Shown here: positions 7,192-15,630 of the stretch, one piece after another | Position numbering within the stretch: position 1 is the stretch's first letter | Layout: every line of letters begins with the position of its first letter | Virus record (IMG/VR): IMGVR_UViG_3300018475_000067 | DNA length: 35,502 nucleotides | From: a virus | Strand: one strand, 5' to 3' | The notes under the pieces: generated by a model | What the model was told of the DNA's origin: nothing | Seen by the model: only the letters and a program-made list of their open reading frames with translations | Database searches by the model: none | Made by a program: the position numbers and the translations under genes

Positions 7192-7192
7192 A

Positions 7193-7384
7193 TTAGTTTT
7201 CTTTATCTGCTAAGAGTATTTTCTTTAAAGAAACCATAGCATTTTTTATGGCTGTGTTCTGTTGAATAATAGCATCGCTATTGATTTTACCATAATCGTC
7301 CTGGTATTCCAAAGACTTGCTTGCTTCTTTTTCAAATTGGTCTATTACAGAATCAATAGCATTGTTTAGTTCTGGTTTTGTCAT
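7193..7384 (-). CDS. Hypothetical protein (63 aa)
   Basis: Internal ATG at 7384 is preceded by AAAGGAAG. The 80-aa ORF in the track probably starts too early. Confidence 0.45.
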   Translation of the reverse strand: MTKPELNNAIDSVIDQFEKEASKSLEYQDDYGKINSDAIIQQNTAIKNAMVSLKKILLADKEN

Positions 7385-7606
7385 AGGTAACTTCCTTTCA
7401 TATGTACTTAGGCATGGCAGTGCCTTGTGGCTCAATTATAGAAAAGGAGAGTAAAAATTGCAAGACGAGTACCAGTTACTTATTTCTTGGATGATAATAG
7501 GAAGTAAAATTGATTATCTTTTCAAAACAGAAGATGCAAATTAGTTATTTTATGGTTCAGTTTGAAGATGATGAGTATTTATATATGACAGAAAGGGGGG
7601 AATTAT

Positions 7607-7870
7607 ATGCCACCGGTAAAAGCATTAGGAATGTATGGAGAAAAAAATAAGCGTTTCGCTGATGTGATAGAAGCTTATATGAAGCTGGCAAGAGTAGATT
7701 ATAAGAAACTCATGGAAAAAGCCGGAAGACATTCATCCACATTTTACAAAAGAAGGGATGACCCGGAGCATATGACGGTGTCAGATTTAAGGGCATTTAT
7801 CAGAGTATTAAAAATTCCGGAAGAAGAAGTTTTAGATTTTTTGTATGACAAAAGGGAGGAACGAAAGTGA
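7607..7870 (+). CDS. Hypothetical early protein (87 aa)
   Basis: ORF with a GGGGGGAA SD sequence. No family recognised. Confidence 0.5.
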   Translation: MPPVKALGMYGEKNKRFADVIEAYMKLARVDYKKLMEKAGRHSSTFYKRRDDPEHMTVSDLRAFIRVLKIPEEEVLDFLYDKREERK

Positions 7871-8094
7871 ATGAAAAAATAGGTTTTTTAGCCCTGATGT
7901 TAGGAGGTGCTGGGATGGATGGTCCAAACAAACTTATTCCGGCACTGCTGGTTCTTATAGGGTTGGCAGTCATAGGACTATCTGTATTAAAAGAAAAAGG
8001 TCTTGCCCCACGCCGACCAAAGCAATGGACAAGACCAGCAAAAATATACTACATCGTGATTGTAACACGAGGAATAGGAGAACGCAATGGGTGA
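7867..8094 (+). CDS. Small membrane protein (75 aa)
   Basis: GTG start overlaps the upstream stop. AGGGAGGA SD sequence. Two hydrophobic segments. Confidence 0.5.
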   Translation: MNEKIGFLALMLGGAGMDGPNKLIPALLVLIGLAVIGLSVLKEKGLAPRRPKQWTRPAKIYYIVIVTRGIGERNG

Positions 8095-8260
8095 ATTAGG
8101 AAAACAGGCAATCGTACAGAATACACAGGGGTGTTCAGAGGAAGATATCAAAATAATGTTAAAGGAAATTCCGACCAAATACATCCTGGAAGAAATCTTT
8201 AGCAGACTGGAAGAACTGGAACGATTAAAGAAATCCGGCAGGGAACTTTTTGGTGTATAG
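8087..8260 (+). CDS. Hypothetical protein (57 aa)
   Basis: Manual ORF MGELGKQAIVQNTQGCSEEDIKIMLKEIPTKYILEEIFSRLEELERLKKSGRELFGV. AGGAG lies 6 nt upstream. Confidence 0.45.
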   Translation: MGELGKQAIVQNTQGCSEEDIKIMLKEIPTKYILEEIFSRLEELERLKKSGRELFGV

Positions 8261-8480
8261 ACAGGAATGTTCTGAGTGCCATGGGAATTGCGAACCGGGA
8301 GAAATGGTAAACGGTGTTTGTCTGGAATGTCTGGAGAAAAAGCGGCTGACCATGGTGACAAAGAGCAGAATGGTTCAGTCATCTGAGGTTCTCTGGGAAC
8401 AGGGCAGTGATTGTTTTGCCGGCAAAAGGAGGAGTGGCTATGGAATACAGAATAGAGTATGCACAGGGAAGATGTTGTAA
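8250..8480 (+). CDS. Possible Cys-rich (zinc-ribbon-like) small protein
   Basis: CSECHGNCEPGEMVNGVCLEC motif. The TTG/GTG start and the 3' extent are uncertain because it overlaps the next gene. Confidence 0.3.
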   Translation: MVYRQECSECHGNCEPGEMVNGVCLECLEKKRLTMVTKSRMVQSSEVLWEQGSDCFAGKRRSGYGIQNRVCTGKML

Positions 8481-8649
8481 CCGGGCAAACAGTCGTAAAG
8501 ATTTACTTGAATGGTTGGAAATTCTGAAAGAGGAAGTAATCACCAACATTGTTAAGATATCCAGGAATGGCAAAGAAGAGTCCGTTCTTGAGAAATATAA
8601 GAAGTATATCGGAAAGCAGGAAAAAGAATGGCAAAGACAAAAAGAGTAA
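8440..8649 (+). CDS. Hypothetical protein (69 aa)
   Basis: ATG at 8440 is preceded by AAAGGAGGAG. The track ORF starts earlier, at 8407. Confidence 0.5.
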   Translation: MEYRIEYAQGRCCNRANSRKDLLEWLEILKEEVITNIVKISRNGKEESVLEKYKKYIGKQEKEWQRQKE

Positions 8650-8789
8650 AGAACCCTACCAGGGCACAGAAGGAACTTATGGTGGCAGCAGGACTGGACT
8701 GGAAGAACTGGAACGTACTGGAAGAGGACAACCTTTCGATTACGGTAATCAGTAAGAAAGCCGGAAGAAAGAGAGTGTTATTGAAATAG
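8628..8789 (+). CDS. DUF6906-like small protein (53 aa)
   Basis: Manual ORF MAKTKRVKNPTRAQKELMVAAGLDWKNWNVLEEDNLSITVISKKAGRKRVLLK. The PTR.QKEL....GL....W pattern is typical of this family. Confidence 0.5.
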   Translation: MAKTKRVKNPTRAQKELMVAAGLDWKNWNVLEEDNLSITVISKKAGRKRVLLK

Positions 8790-8798
8790 GGAAAAAGA

Positions 8799-9119
8799 AT
8801 GTTAAGTGACAGAGAAATTGAAATGAAGTTATATGATATGGCAGCAGTGTTTAAAAATCATATGAGAGCCGGGAGGTATCCGCAGGCGAAATATATTTAT
8901 GATAAAGCAAGGATGCTGGCTGTGGAAACCGGTTTGGAAGAGAAAAAAAGAGAAGAACTTTTTGGACTTCGGGGAGAAAGAGGAAATAGTCTGAAAGAAG
9001 GATTATTTCCTCATGAACTGGTGCAGAAAGCATATTTGGAAACCTGTGTAAAAGCCAAAGAGCAGCCGGAGGATTGCATTTTATGTCAGAAACAGTTGGG
9101 AATAATGGTGCAAAAATGA
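8799..9119 (+). CDS. Hypothetical protein (106 aa)
   Basis: ORF only. Confidence 0.45.
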   Translation: MLSDREIEMKLYDMAAVFKNHMRAGRYPQAKYIYDKARMLAVETGLEEKKREELFGLRGERGNSLKEGLFPHELVQKAYLETCVKAKEQPEDCILCQKQLGIMVQK

Positions 9120-9553
9120 AGGAAATCAATATTTATTTATATAGCACTATAAAGGGTGGTAAGGAAAAAAATGGTGCCTATACTTATATTCTGGAAACTG
9201 CTACAAGCAAGGGAAATGCCACGATAACCAAGACAGAAAAGGTAGAAGATATGACTGCTAATAAATCGGTGTTATGTGCTTTGATAGCAGCTATGAAAAG
9301 AATTCGCCAGAGTAGTTATCTGGTGATATATACGGATTGTCATTACCTGGTTGCTAATACGAGAGACAGCCTTGGCAAATGGAGCAGGAACGGATGGAAG
9401 ACAGCCAGAGGGGATGAAATAAAAAATCCGGAGCAATGGAAGGAAATTCACCAATTGCTCATGCCACATTCCTTTGAATTTATAGTAGGTACCAGTCACA
9501 GTTATTACCAGTGGATGAAGAAAGAAACGGAGGCGGCAGCGGAATGTATGTGA
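9116..9553 (+). CDS. RNase H (type 1)-like protein, catalytic residues apparently incomplete
   Basis: LVIYTDCHYL and NGWKTARGDEIKNPEQW align by eye with RNase HI TDSQYV and RGWKTADKKPVKNVDLW. ATGA overlap with the upstream gene. Confidence 0.6.
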   Translation: MKEINIYLYSTIKGGKEKNGAYTYILETATSKGNATITKTEKVEDMTANKSVLCALIAAMKRIRQSSYLVIYTDCHYLVANTRDSLGKWSRNGWKTARGDEIKNPEQWKEIHQLLMPHSFEFIVGTSHSYYQWMKKETEAAAECM

Positions 9554-10227
9554 CCGGAGTGGTGGAAAAGACGGAAAGCGGTTCCGGAAAGACCAGACTG
9601 CAGATTTTACTGGATGGAGAAGATAAGGCAGAACTACTCCGGCGAAAAGAGATAGGAATGGTAGGGATGTGGCTGGATGATGGAAGATTGATTTCTGCAT
9701 TACAGAGAAAAAAGATTTATGCGTCTATTCGGGATGTCTCTAATCATACCGGATATTCCCCGGAGGAAACCAAAGAAGTATTGAAGTTTCTGTATGTAGA
9801 ACGAACCGGAAGGAATGCGTTCTCCTTAGCGGATTGTACCATGGACACTGCAAGAGAATTTATTAACTTTATGATAGACATCTGTTTGGAAAACGGAATC
9901 ATTTTAACAGATTCCTTATATGACCGGACAGAAGATATCGAGTATATGCTGAAAAGCTGTCTTAAGAACCGTAGGTGTAGTATCTGCGGCAGGAAAGGAG
10001 AGGTTCATCACTGGGATGCCATTGGCATGGGGAATGACAGAAGACACTATGATGACAGTAGCAATCGTAAGATTTGTCTGTGTCGGAAACATCATACCCT
10101 GGCACATAGCTACGGAAGGGAAAGGTTCATGCAGATATATCACGTTTTCGGAGTTTATTACATGGATGGCAGTCAGGATGTTTCCATAGAAGAAAATAAG
10201 GAAGGAGGAAAAGAGCATGAATGTTGA
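9544..10227 (+). CDS. Putative HNHc-type nuclease (HNHc_6-like)
   Basis: C-terminal CSICGRKGEVHHWDAIGMGNDR...ICLCRKHHTLAH motif. ATG 9544 overlaps the upstream stop. Confidence 0.55.
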   Translation: MYVTGVVEKTESGSGKTRLQILLDGEDKAELLRRKEIGMVGMWLDDGRLISALQRKKIYASIRDVSNHTGYSPEETKEVLKFLYVERTGRNAFSLADCTMDTAREFINFMIDICLENGIILTDSLYDRTEDIEYMLKSCLKNRRCSICGRKGEVHHWDAIGMGNDRRHYDDSSNRKICLCRKHHTLAHSYGRERFMQIYHVFGVYYMDGSQDVSIEENKEGGKEHEC

Positions 10228-10606
10228 CTTAAATTCCATTGGTGGCGGAGCCTTACAGGCACGTTTTAACCGGGAAATGGAAAAAGTGGTAAAGAACATG
10301 AAGGATCCGAACACACCCTATAAGGATGTAAGAAAAATTACCATAACACTGGCTTTTAAACAGGATGAAGAGAGAAATGCAGCAGCCTGTACCGTAGAAG
10401 TAACCAGTAAACTGGCAAAAGCGAAAAGTTTTGAAACAAACTTTGGTATTGGTCAGGATCTGAAGACAAATCAGTATCTTGCCAAGGAGTATCATAATCA
10501 GATACCGGGGCAGATGGGCTTTGAAGATGTAAAACCGGTAACAGAAGAAAACAGTAATGTAAAAGAGTTTAATGGGCAAAAATTGTCCCGTGCTATAGGA
10601 GGATAA
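10217..10606 (+). CDS. Hypothetical replication-module protein (129 aa)
   Basis: ORF with an AAGGAGGAA SD sequence. Confidence 0.5.
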   Translation: MNVDLNSIGGGALQARFNREMEKVVKNMKDPNTPYKDVRKITITLAFKQDEERNAAACTVEVTSKLAKAKSFETNFGIGQDLKTNQYLAKEYHNQIPGQMGFEDVKPVTEENSNVKEFNGQKLSRAIGG

Positions 10607-10630
10607 ATATATGATTGCAAAGGCATTGGA

Positions 10631-11404
10631 TTGGATTGGATTGAGGGCAGAACTGCTCCGTTTTTAAAAGAAATTGATGGAGTTACATGGTCAAATAAGA
10701 GTCTGAATAAAGTAATTGATGTGAAGAAAATAGAGTCTATTTCTTTTTCGACATTGACAAGTCTGGTGGATTATTTAAAGAGTGGGATTGATGTACCAAA
10801 CAGCTTTATTGATCATGTTTTTGTAAATGTGGTATCACCGACACGCATTGAAGTGAGTTCGGGAGTAAATGGAAAGAATTATTACAGCAGAACACAAATT
10901 GCTGAGGTAAAGGCAGTACTGCCGGAAATTAAGATTGGAAAATGGCTGGGACAGACAGAATTTTGTATTATGTTACGTTCTTCTTTTTTGGATAACTCTA
11001 GTATGTTGCATTCTTTGTTTTCTTCCGATCCGGATGTATTGAAGGGAGAAGATACACATAGAAATGCATTGATCGAAGTGGCCAGTAATATTGTATCCGG
11101 TACGATTGCAGAGTATCAGGATACCGGTATTAGTCAGAAAGCTACTATTAAGACGGGTATTCAGGAAACAGAGGATAAATTGTTACCGGAGAAGGTGATT
11201 TTAAGACCGTATCGTACTTTCCTGGAAGTGGAACAGCCAAAGAGCGAGTTTGTTTTCCGGGCACAGAATGATAAATATGACGGAGTACAGTTATCTTTAC
11301 ATGAAGCAGATGGCGGAAGATGGAAAATGGATGCCAAAGCAGCGGTAAAAGCATATCTGGAAAAGGAATTAAGCGGAATGGAATGGATTTCTGTTTTGGC
11401 ATAA
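10631..11404 (+). CDS. Hypothetical protein (257 aa). Start is ambiguous: see the (TTGGA)3 frameshift finding.
   Basis: The long ORF is open from 10607. Its only in-frame start is TTG 10631. A strong SD sequence plus ATG at 10611 sits in another frame. Confidence 0.5.
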   Translation: MDWIEGRTAPFLKEIDGVTWSNKSLNKVIDVKKIESISFSTLTSLVDYLKSGIDVPNSFIDHVFVNVVSPTRIEVSSGVNGKNYYSRTQIAEVKAVLPEIKIGKWLGQTEFCIMLRSSFLDNSSMLHSLFSSDPDVLKGEDTHRNALIEVASNIVSGTIAEYQDTGISQKATIKTGIQETEDKLLPEKVILRPYRTFLEVEQPKSEFVFRAQNDKYDGVQLSLHEADGGRWKMDAKAAVKAYLEKELSGMEWISVLA

Positions 11405-11468
11405 AAGAAAAATGTGGCAGTAGTCTTTGCGGACTCTGCCACAAACAAAAAAAGAAAGAAGGTATCGG

Positions 11469-12404
11469 ATGTCAGGAATACCCAAAGTAGGAATCGATTA
11501 TGCAGGCTGGGCGGTGGACATCTTTGACAATGATACCAAAATTGACAAATTACTGGATTCCAAAGGCTGGATAGGATTTAGTGTGTATTTCTTTTTGTGT
11601 ATGAAGGCCTACGGAACGGAAGGATATTTTTATAAATGGTGCTATGACGATTGTGCATCGACGGCTCGAAAGATGGGCAGCGGCATCAGTGCCAGTACGG
11701 TAAAAGAAACCGTGGACTACTGCTTGCAAATTAGTCTCTTTGACAAGAGGAGGTTTGTGGAGTGGGGAATTTTAACTTCAAAAGGTATTCAGCGGCGGTA
11801 CTGGAACGTGGTTCGTAACCGCCGTGTAAAAAAAGTATATTTGGAATTTTGGTTGCTTGGAGACCATGAGTGTTCAGGCTTAGTTAAAGTCAACCTAAAA
11901 GAGCCGGTGACGGATGCAGAAAGCCATTTGCAAAGTGCAAATGAGGATGTGCAGATGGGAAATGCTAATAAAGTAAAGTATAGTAAAGTAAATAATAATA
12001 TCGTTGCACCTGCAAAGCAGGGCAAGGATGATAAGGAGAAAATGCCAACAGATTTTGAGTTAAAGTGTGTGGATTATTTAATACAGTGTGTACTTTCTGA
12101 TTTTCCAAATCAAAAGGTTCCAAAAAGTTTAAAAGAGAAGGGAAAGTGGACAGTGCATATTAAGAGAATGATGGAAATAGATAACATTACACCGTCAGAT
12201 ATATGGAATACACTGGTATGGACGATGAAAGATTCCTTTTGGAGAACCAATATCCGCAGTACGAAAAAGTTCCGGGAAAAATATGCAACATTGTATTTGC
12301 AAAGTAAGCAAAGAAGAAATACTTCCGGAAACAAATTCAATACTTTTGAAAATCAGAGGGAATATGATTATGAAGCACTGGAAAGGGAATTGTTGGCAAA
12401 TTAG
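11469..12404 (+). CDS. DUF4373 (Lin1244/Lin1753-like) replisome-organiser / DnaD-like protein
   Basis: N-terminal IDYAGWAVDIFDNDTKIDKLLDSKGWIGFSVYFFLCMKAYGTEGYFY matches the DUF4373 pattern. Confidence 0.6.
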   Translation: MSGIPKVGIDYAGWAVDIFDNDTKIDKLLDSKGWIGFSVYFFLCMKAYGTEGYFYKWCYDDCASTARKMGSGISASTVKETVDYCLQISLFDKRRFVEWGILTSKGIQRRYWNVVRNRRVKKVYLEFWLLGDHECSGLVKVNLKEPVTDAESHLQSANEDVQMGNANKVKYSKVNNNIVAPAKQGKDDKEKMPTDFELKCVDYLIQCVLSDFPNQKVPKSLKEKGKWTVHIKRMMEIDNITPSDIWNTLVWTMKDSFWRTNIRSTKKFREKYATLYLQSKQRRNTSGNKFNTFENQREYDYEALERELLAN

Positions 12405-12413
12405 GAGAAGAGG

Positions 12414-14420
12414 ATGGAATTAGACTGGTATAAAAAAGTCAGGTATGAGGACAAAAAAGAACTTGCGAAAGAAAGTCTGACAAAAATGGTAAGTTCTTTT
12501 GTGGCAGCAGGTTACTGGATCAGGAGCATCTGGGAAGATAAAGAATGTGAAAGCGAAGGATATGGAAGTATCTGGGAAATGGCTGAAAAAGAATTTGGAT
12601 TGAAAAAGAGTGAAGCATCCAGGGCTATCAGCATGAATAAAAAATATTCTGTGGATGGAAATTCACCGGTCATACTGGAAAGATACGTCATGTATAACAA
12701 AAGCCAGCTGCAGGAGATGTTAACCATGACAGAGGAACAGCTGGAGCAGGTAACTGTGGACATGAAAGTACAGGAACTGCGGCAGCTAAAAAGAGCAGGG
12801 GCAACACCGGAACAGTTACGTATGTTGAAAGAATTGCTTGCTGACTGGGTGAAAAGTGCATATGTAGAGATTTATCGCAGTGTGCAACAAGGCAAGGAGA
12901 TTATGGAAAGTATCGGGGAAATACTGAATGATGACGTTCCTGTGAAAAAAGGAGATAAAGTATTTTTTACGGGAGAGGATGTGGATGAACTGGTAGAACG
13001 TACTACCGGGGAAGTTCTGGCGAAGTATTCCAAAGGCATGGCGGTTTCCATTATTTTGGAAGAATACTGTAAGTTACAGGAGTTACGAAAAATCAAAAAG
13101 AAACCGGAGATAAGAGGACTTATGGATGATCCATACTGCAGAGAATGCGGGACACCATTAGACAGTCCGGAGCATGGTAAAAATCCATCTGTGATTTGCT
13201 CCTGGTGCGGACAGGCTGTGGATTGGAGTGATTATTCCGTGGAAGAGTCTGTTGCGACGTCGCAAGAACCAGTAATTACTGGAACGGAAGCGATTTTAGA
13301 GGCAGAAACTATTGAAAAAGATTTGGAAGTGTTTCAGGAACCGGCTGAGGATGTGACTGAGGTGCTGATAGAAGCGGAAATTGTGGAAGAAATTGAAGCA
13401 GATGAGGAAGAATGTGCAGAAGTTTTCGCATTCGAAGTGCTGGACAGTGATGAAGAAGCAGAAAGTATTATTGATGGAGAATTTCGGGAAATTTCAATGG
13501 AAGTAATTGGAGAAGAAGAGGTATCTGTTTATGGCTTGCCTAAAACAGTATATCCGGAAGGCAGCAGTATTTCTACTGTAGGTTGTGGGCATAAGTATAA
13601 TTGTTTCAGTTGTGCCCAGGAATGTGACATGCGGCAGGAAAAGCGATACTGCAGGGAAGCAACATTAGGAAGTCCGTTTTCTTGTACAACTATGAATGTT
13701 CTGGAATTGTTGAAAGAGGAATTTGCAGAGGTATGTCAGTTTGTCAATTATGAGAGGGCTGAGTATACTGCCGGAAGTAAGGAACCTGTTCCTTGTTGTA
13801 AAAAATGTCAGGTATCAGATTGTGGATACCGATGTGGAAGGTCTGTGTATGTAAAAACAGATACAAAGGAAGTAACAGAACCGGAAGAAACCACAATGGC
13901 AGCAGTAGAGGAAAGTGAACTGATGCAGATAAAGAAGGTTTTGGAAAAAGAAAATGAGCTGTTGGCGGAATATCTGAAAATTGATGATTTACCAGTATTT
14001 ACTGTAAAAAGACAGAAAATCATTGTAGGAGCTCTTGCAAATATGGTCTGTGAACTGGAAGAGATGGAACAGAAAACAGAACCGGTAGAACAGCCGGAAC
14101 TTCCGATTTTGAAAAATAATGACCAGAGACAGGAATTTATTGCAGATTATGAAAACTGGCCGGTATGGATGGAGCAGCCATTAACTGGTGAGAAATATTA
14201 CCGGTATGAGTTTGAAAACGGCGCCGCTTTTGTAGTGAAAGCATATTTTCACAAATGCTTTGATATTAATATTCGAGGGAAATGGGAAGACAGGTATAAA
14301 GATGGCTGGGGAGCTGAGGAATATTACATCATGACGGAAGGAAAGCATTTCAAGGATTGTCTGACAAATAAAAGCTGTATGATTGAGTTTTTGAAGAATT
14401 TGCAGAAGGAGAAAAAATGA
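12414..14420 (+). CDS. Large hypothetical protein (668 aa) with CxxC pairs and an acidic low-complexity core
   Basis: CRECGTPL...CSWCGQ zinc-ribbon-like motif, an E/D-rich stretch (residues ~290-380) and a Cys-rich segment. Confidence 0.6.
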   Translation: MELDWYKKVRYEDKKELAKESLTKMVSSFVAAGYWIRSIWEDKECESEGYGSIWEMAEKEFGLKKSEASRAISMNKKYSVDGNSPVILERYVMYNKSQLQEMLTMTEEQLEQVTVDMKVQELRQLKRAGATPEQLRMLKELLADWVKSAYVEIYRSVQQGKEIMESIGEILNDDVPVKKGDKVFFTGEDVDELVERTTGEVLAKYSKGMAVSIILEEYCKLQELRKIKKKPEIRGLMDDPYCRECGTPLDSPEHGKNPSVICSWCGQAVDWSDYSVEESVATSQEPVITGTEAILEAETIEKDLEVFQEPAEDVTEVLIEAEIVEEIEADEEECAEVFAFEVLDSDEEAESIIDGEFREISMEVIGEEEVSVYGLPKTVYPEGSSISTVGCGHKYNCFSCAQECDMRQEKRYCREATLGSPFSCTTMNVLELLKEEFAEVCQFVNYERAEYTAGSKEPVPCCKKCQVSDCGYRCGRSVYVKTDTKEVTEPEETTMAAVEESELMQIKKVLEKENELLAEYLKIDDLPVFTVKRQKIIVGALANMVCELEEMEQKTEPVEQPELPILKNNDQRQEFIADYENWPVWMEQPLTGEKYYRYEFENGAAFVVKAYFHKCFDINIRGKWEDRYKDGWGAEEYYIMTEGKHFKDCLTNKSCMIEFLKNLQKEKK

Positions 14421-14962
14421 ATTACTTTGAATTAAAAATAACCGAAGAACAAAGAATAAATGAATTTAAGCAAATTACCAAGGGAGTATTTACAGAAAAA
14501 CAAGCAGGGAAGCTGATAGAAATGGGATATTTCATGGTACCGGCATCTTTAACACATCACGGAACACAGTCGGGAGACCTTTATCATCATAGTAAACTGA
14601 TTTATTTGCAGTTAAAGGAATACACGGAAAAACTGTATCTGGAGTGGAAAAATGAAAGAAGTCCCATGGTGGTGGCATTCTTACATGATTTATGCAAGGC
14701 AGATGATTATGTTTTGAAAGACGGGGCATATGTTGGGAATAGAGAAATGCTTTTAAGTGGCCATGGAGAAAAGTCAGTTATTATGGCACTGCAATTGTTC
14801 CCGGATCTGACAGACGAAGAAATCATGTGCATCCGGTATCATATGGGAGCCTATGAAGGACAGGAAAAGTGGAGAACACTGGGAAATGCCATAAAGAATT
14901 ATCCAAACATCCTATGGGTACATCAGGCGGATATGATAGCCAGTCAGGTATGGAAGGTATAA
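14417..14962 (+). CDS. HD-domain phosphohydrolase
   Basis: The series HH...AFLHDLCK...GHGEKS...IRYHMG...HQADMIAS is an H..HD..H..D pattern. Confidence 0.65.
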   Translation: MNYFELKITEEQRINEFKQITKGVFTEKQAGKLIEMGYFMVPASLTHHGTQSGDLYHHSKLIYLQLKEYTEKLYLEWKNERSPMVVAFLHDLCKADDYVLKDGAYVGNREMLLSGHGEKSVIMALQLFPDLTDEEIMCIRYHMGAYEGQEKWRTLGNAIKNYPNILWVHQADMIASQVWKV

Positions 14963-15012
14963 GTGGCAGCAGTCGTGGATAAAAAGAGAAAGTAGTAGGA
15001 GGATGAGAGAAG

Positions 15013-15630
15013 ATGAGTAAAGCATTAGAGTTAGCGAAAGAATTATTAAAGGTTTTGAATGAGGAAAATGCAGCAAAAAAGAATATTGAGCAGTACCAGC
15101 TTTCTACATTGGAACCAGAAGAAGTTTTTAAAGTCGGGGAACATGATTTTATTGTACTGGAACAGATGGAAGGACAGACCGCAGTTATTTCAAAAGAGTT
15201 TATGGCAAAGGGTAAGAAATTTGATGAAGATACCAGAGATTACAATACATCCGCTATCAGGAAGTTTATTGAAAGTGAAATTCAACCGGTAATCGAAGCG
15301 GCAGTAGGAAGTGAAAATCTTGTGGAACATGAAGTGGAACTTACTTCCGTGGATATGCAGAAAGAAATTAATAATTGCAAATGTAAAGTTAGATTGATTA
15401 CTTTTGATGAAGCACGTAAATATAACGATTTGATTGCTGATAAAAATATTGGTGACTGGTGGTGGACATGTACACCGTGGAGCACTAAGGAACGCGGATG
15501 GGAGTACTCGCTCGCCGTTGTTTGCCCGTCCGGCTATTTCAGCGACTGTAACTGCAATGACGACAGCGGTGTTCGCCCTGTTTGTATCTTAAAATCTAAT
15601 ATCTTTGTATCTAAAGGAGGAGAGAAATAA
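15013..15630 (+). CDS. DGR variable protein 1 (DUF6273 / C-type-lectin-fold-like)
   Basis: C-terminus WWWTCTPWS...VVCPSGYFSDCNCNDDSGVRPVCI. VR1 lies in the last ~40 codons. Confidence 0.85.
   Translation: MSKALELAKELLKVLNEENAAKKNIEQYQLSTLEPEEVFKVGEHDFIVLEQMEGQTAVISKEFMAKGKKFDEDTRDYNTSAIRKFIESEIQPVIEAAVGSENLVEHEVELTSVDMQKEINNCKCKVRLITFDEARKYNDLIADKNIGDWWWTCTPWSTKERGWEYSLAVVCPSGYFSDCNCNDDSGVRPVCILKSNIFVSKGGEK
15517..15579 (+). repeat. DGR variable region VR1
   Basis: A 63-nt match to the TR with 11 differences, all at TR adenines. Confidence 0.9.

Noticed and set aside
6541-7534. Repeated segments could be a CRISPR array
   Set aside because: The repeats are 70-180 bp long, contain coding sequence (the cro 3' end) and are unevenly spaced. 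No short palindromic repeat/spacer periodicity and no cas genes are present.
8549-8755. 68-aa + ORF in the track
   Set aside because: A different frame holds a 53-aa ORF (8628-8789) with a recognisable DUF6906-like sequence. The 68-aa frame is Gly/Arg/Lys-rich and overlaps two better candidates.
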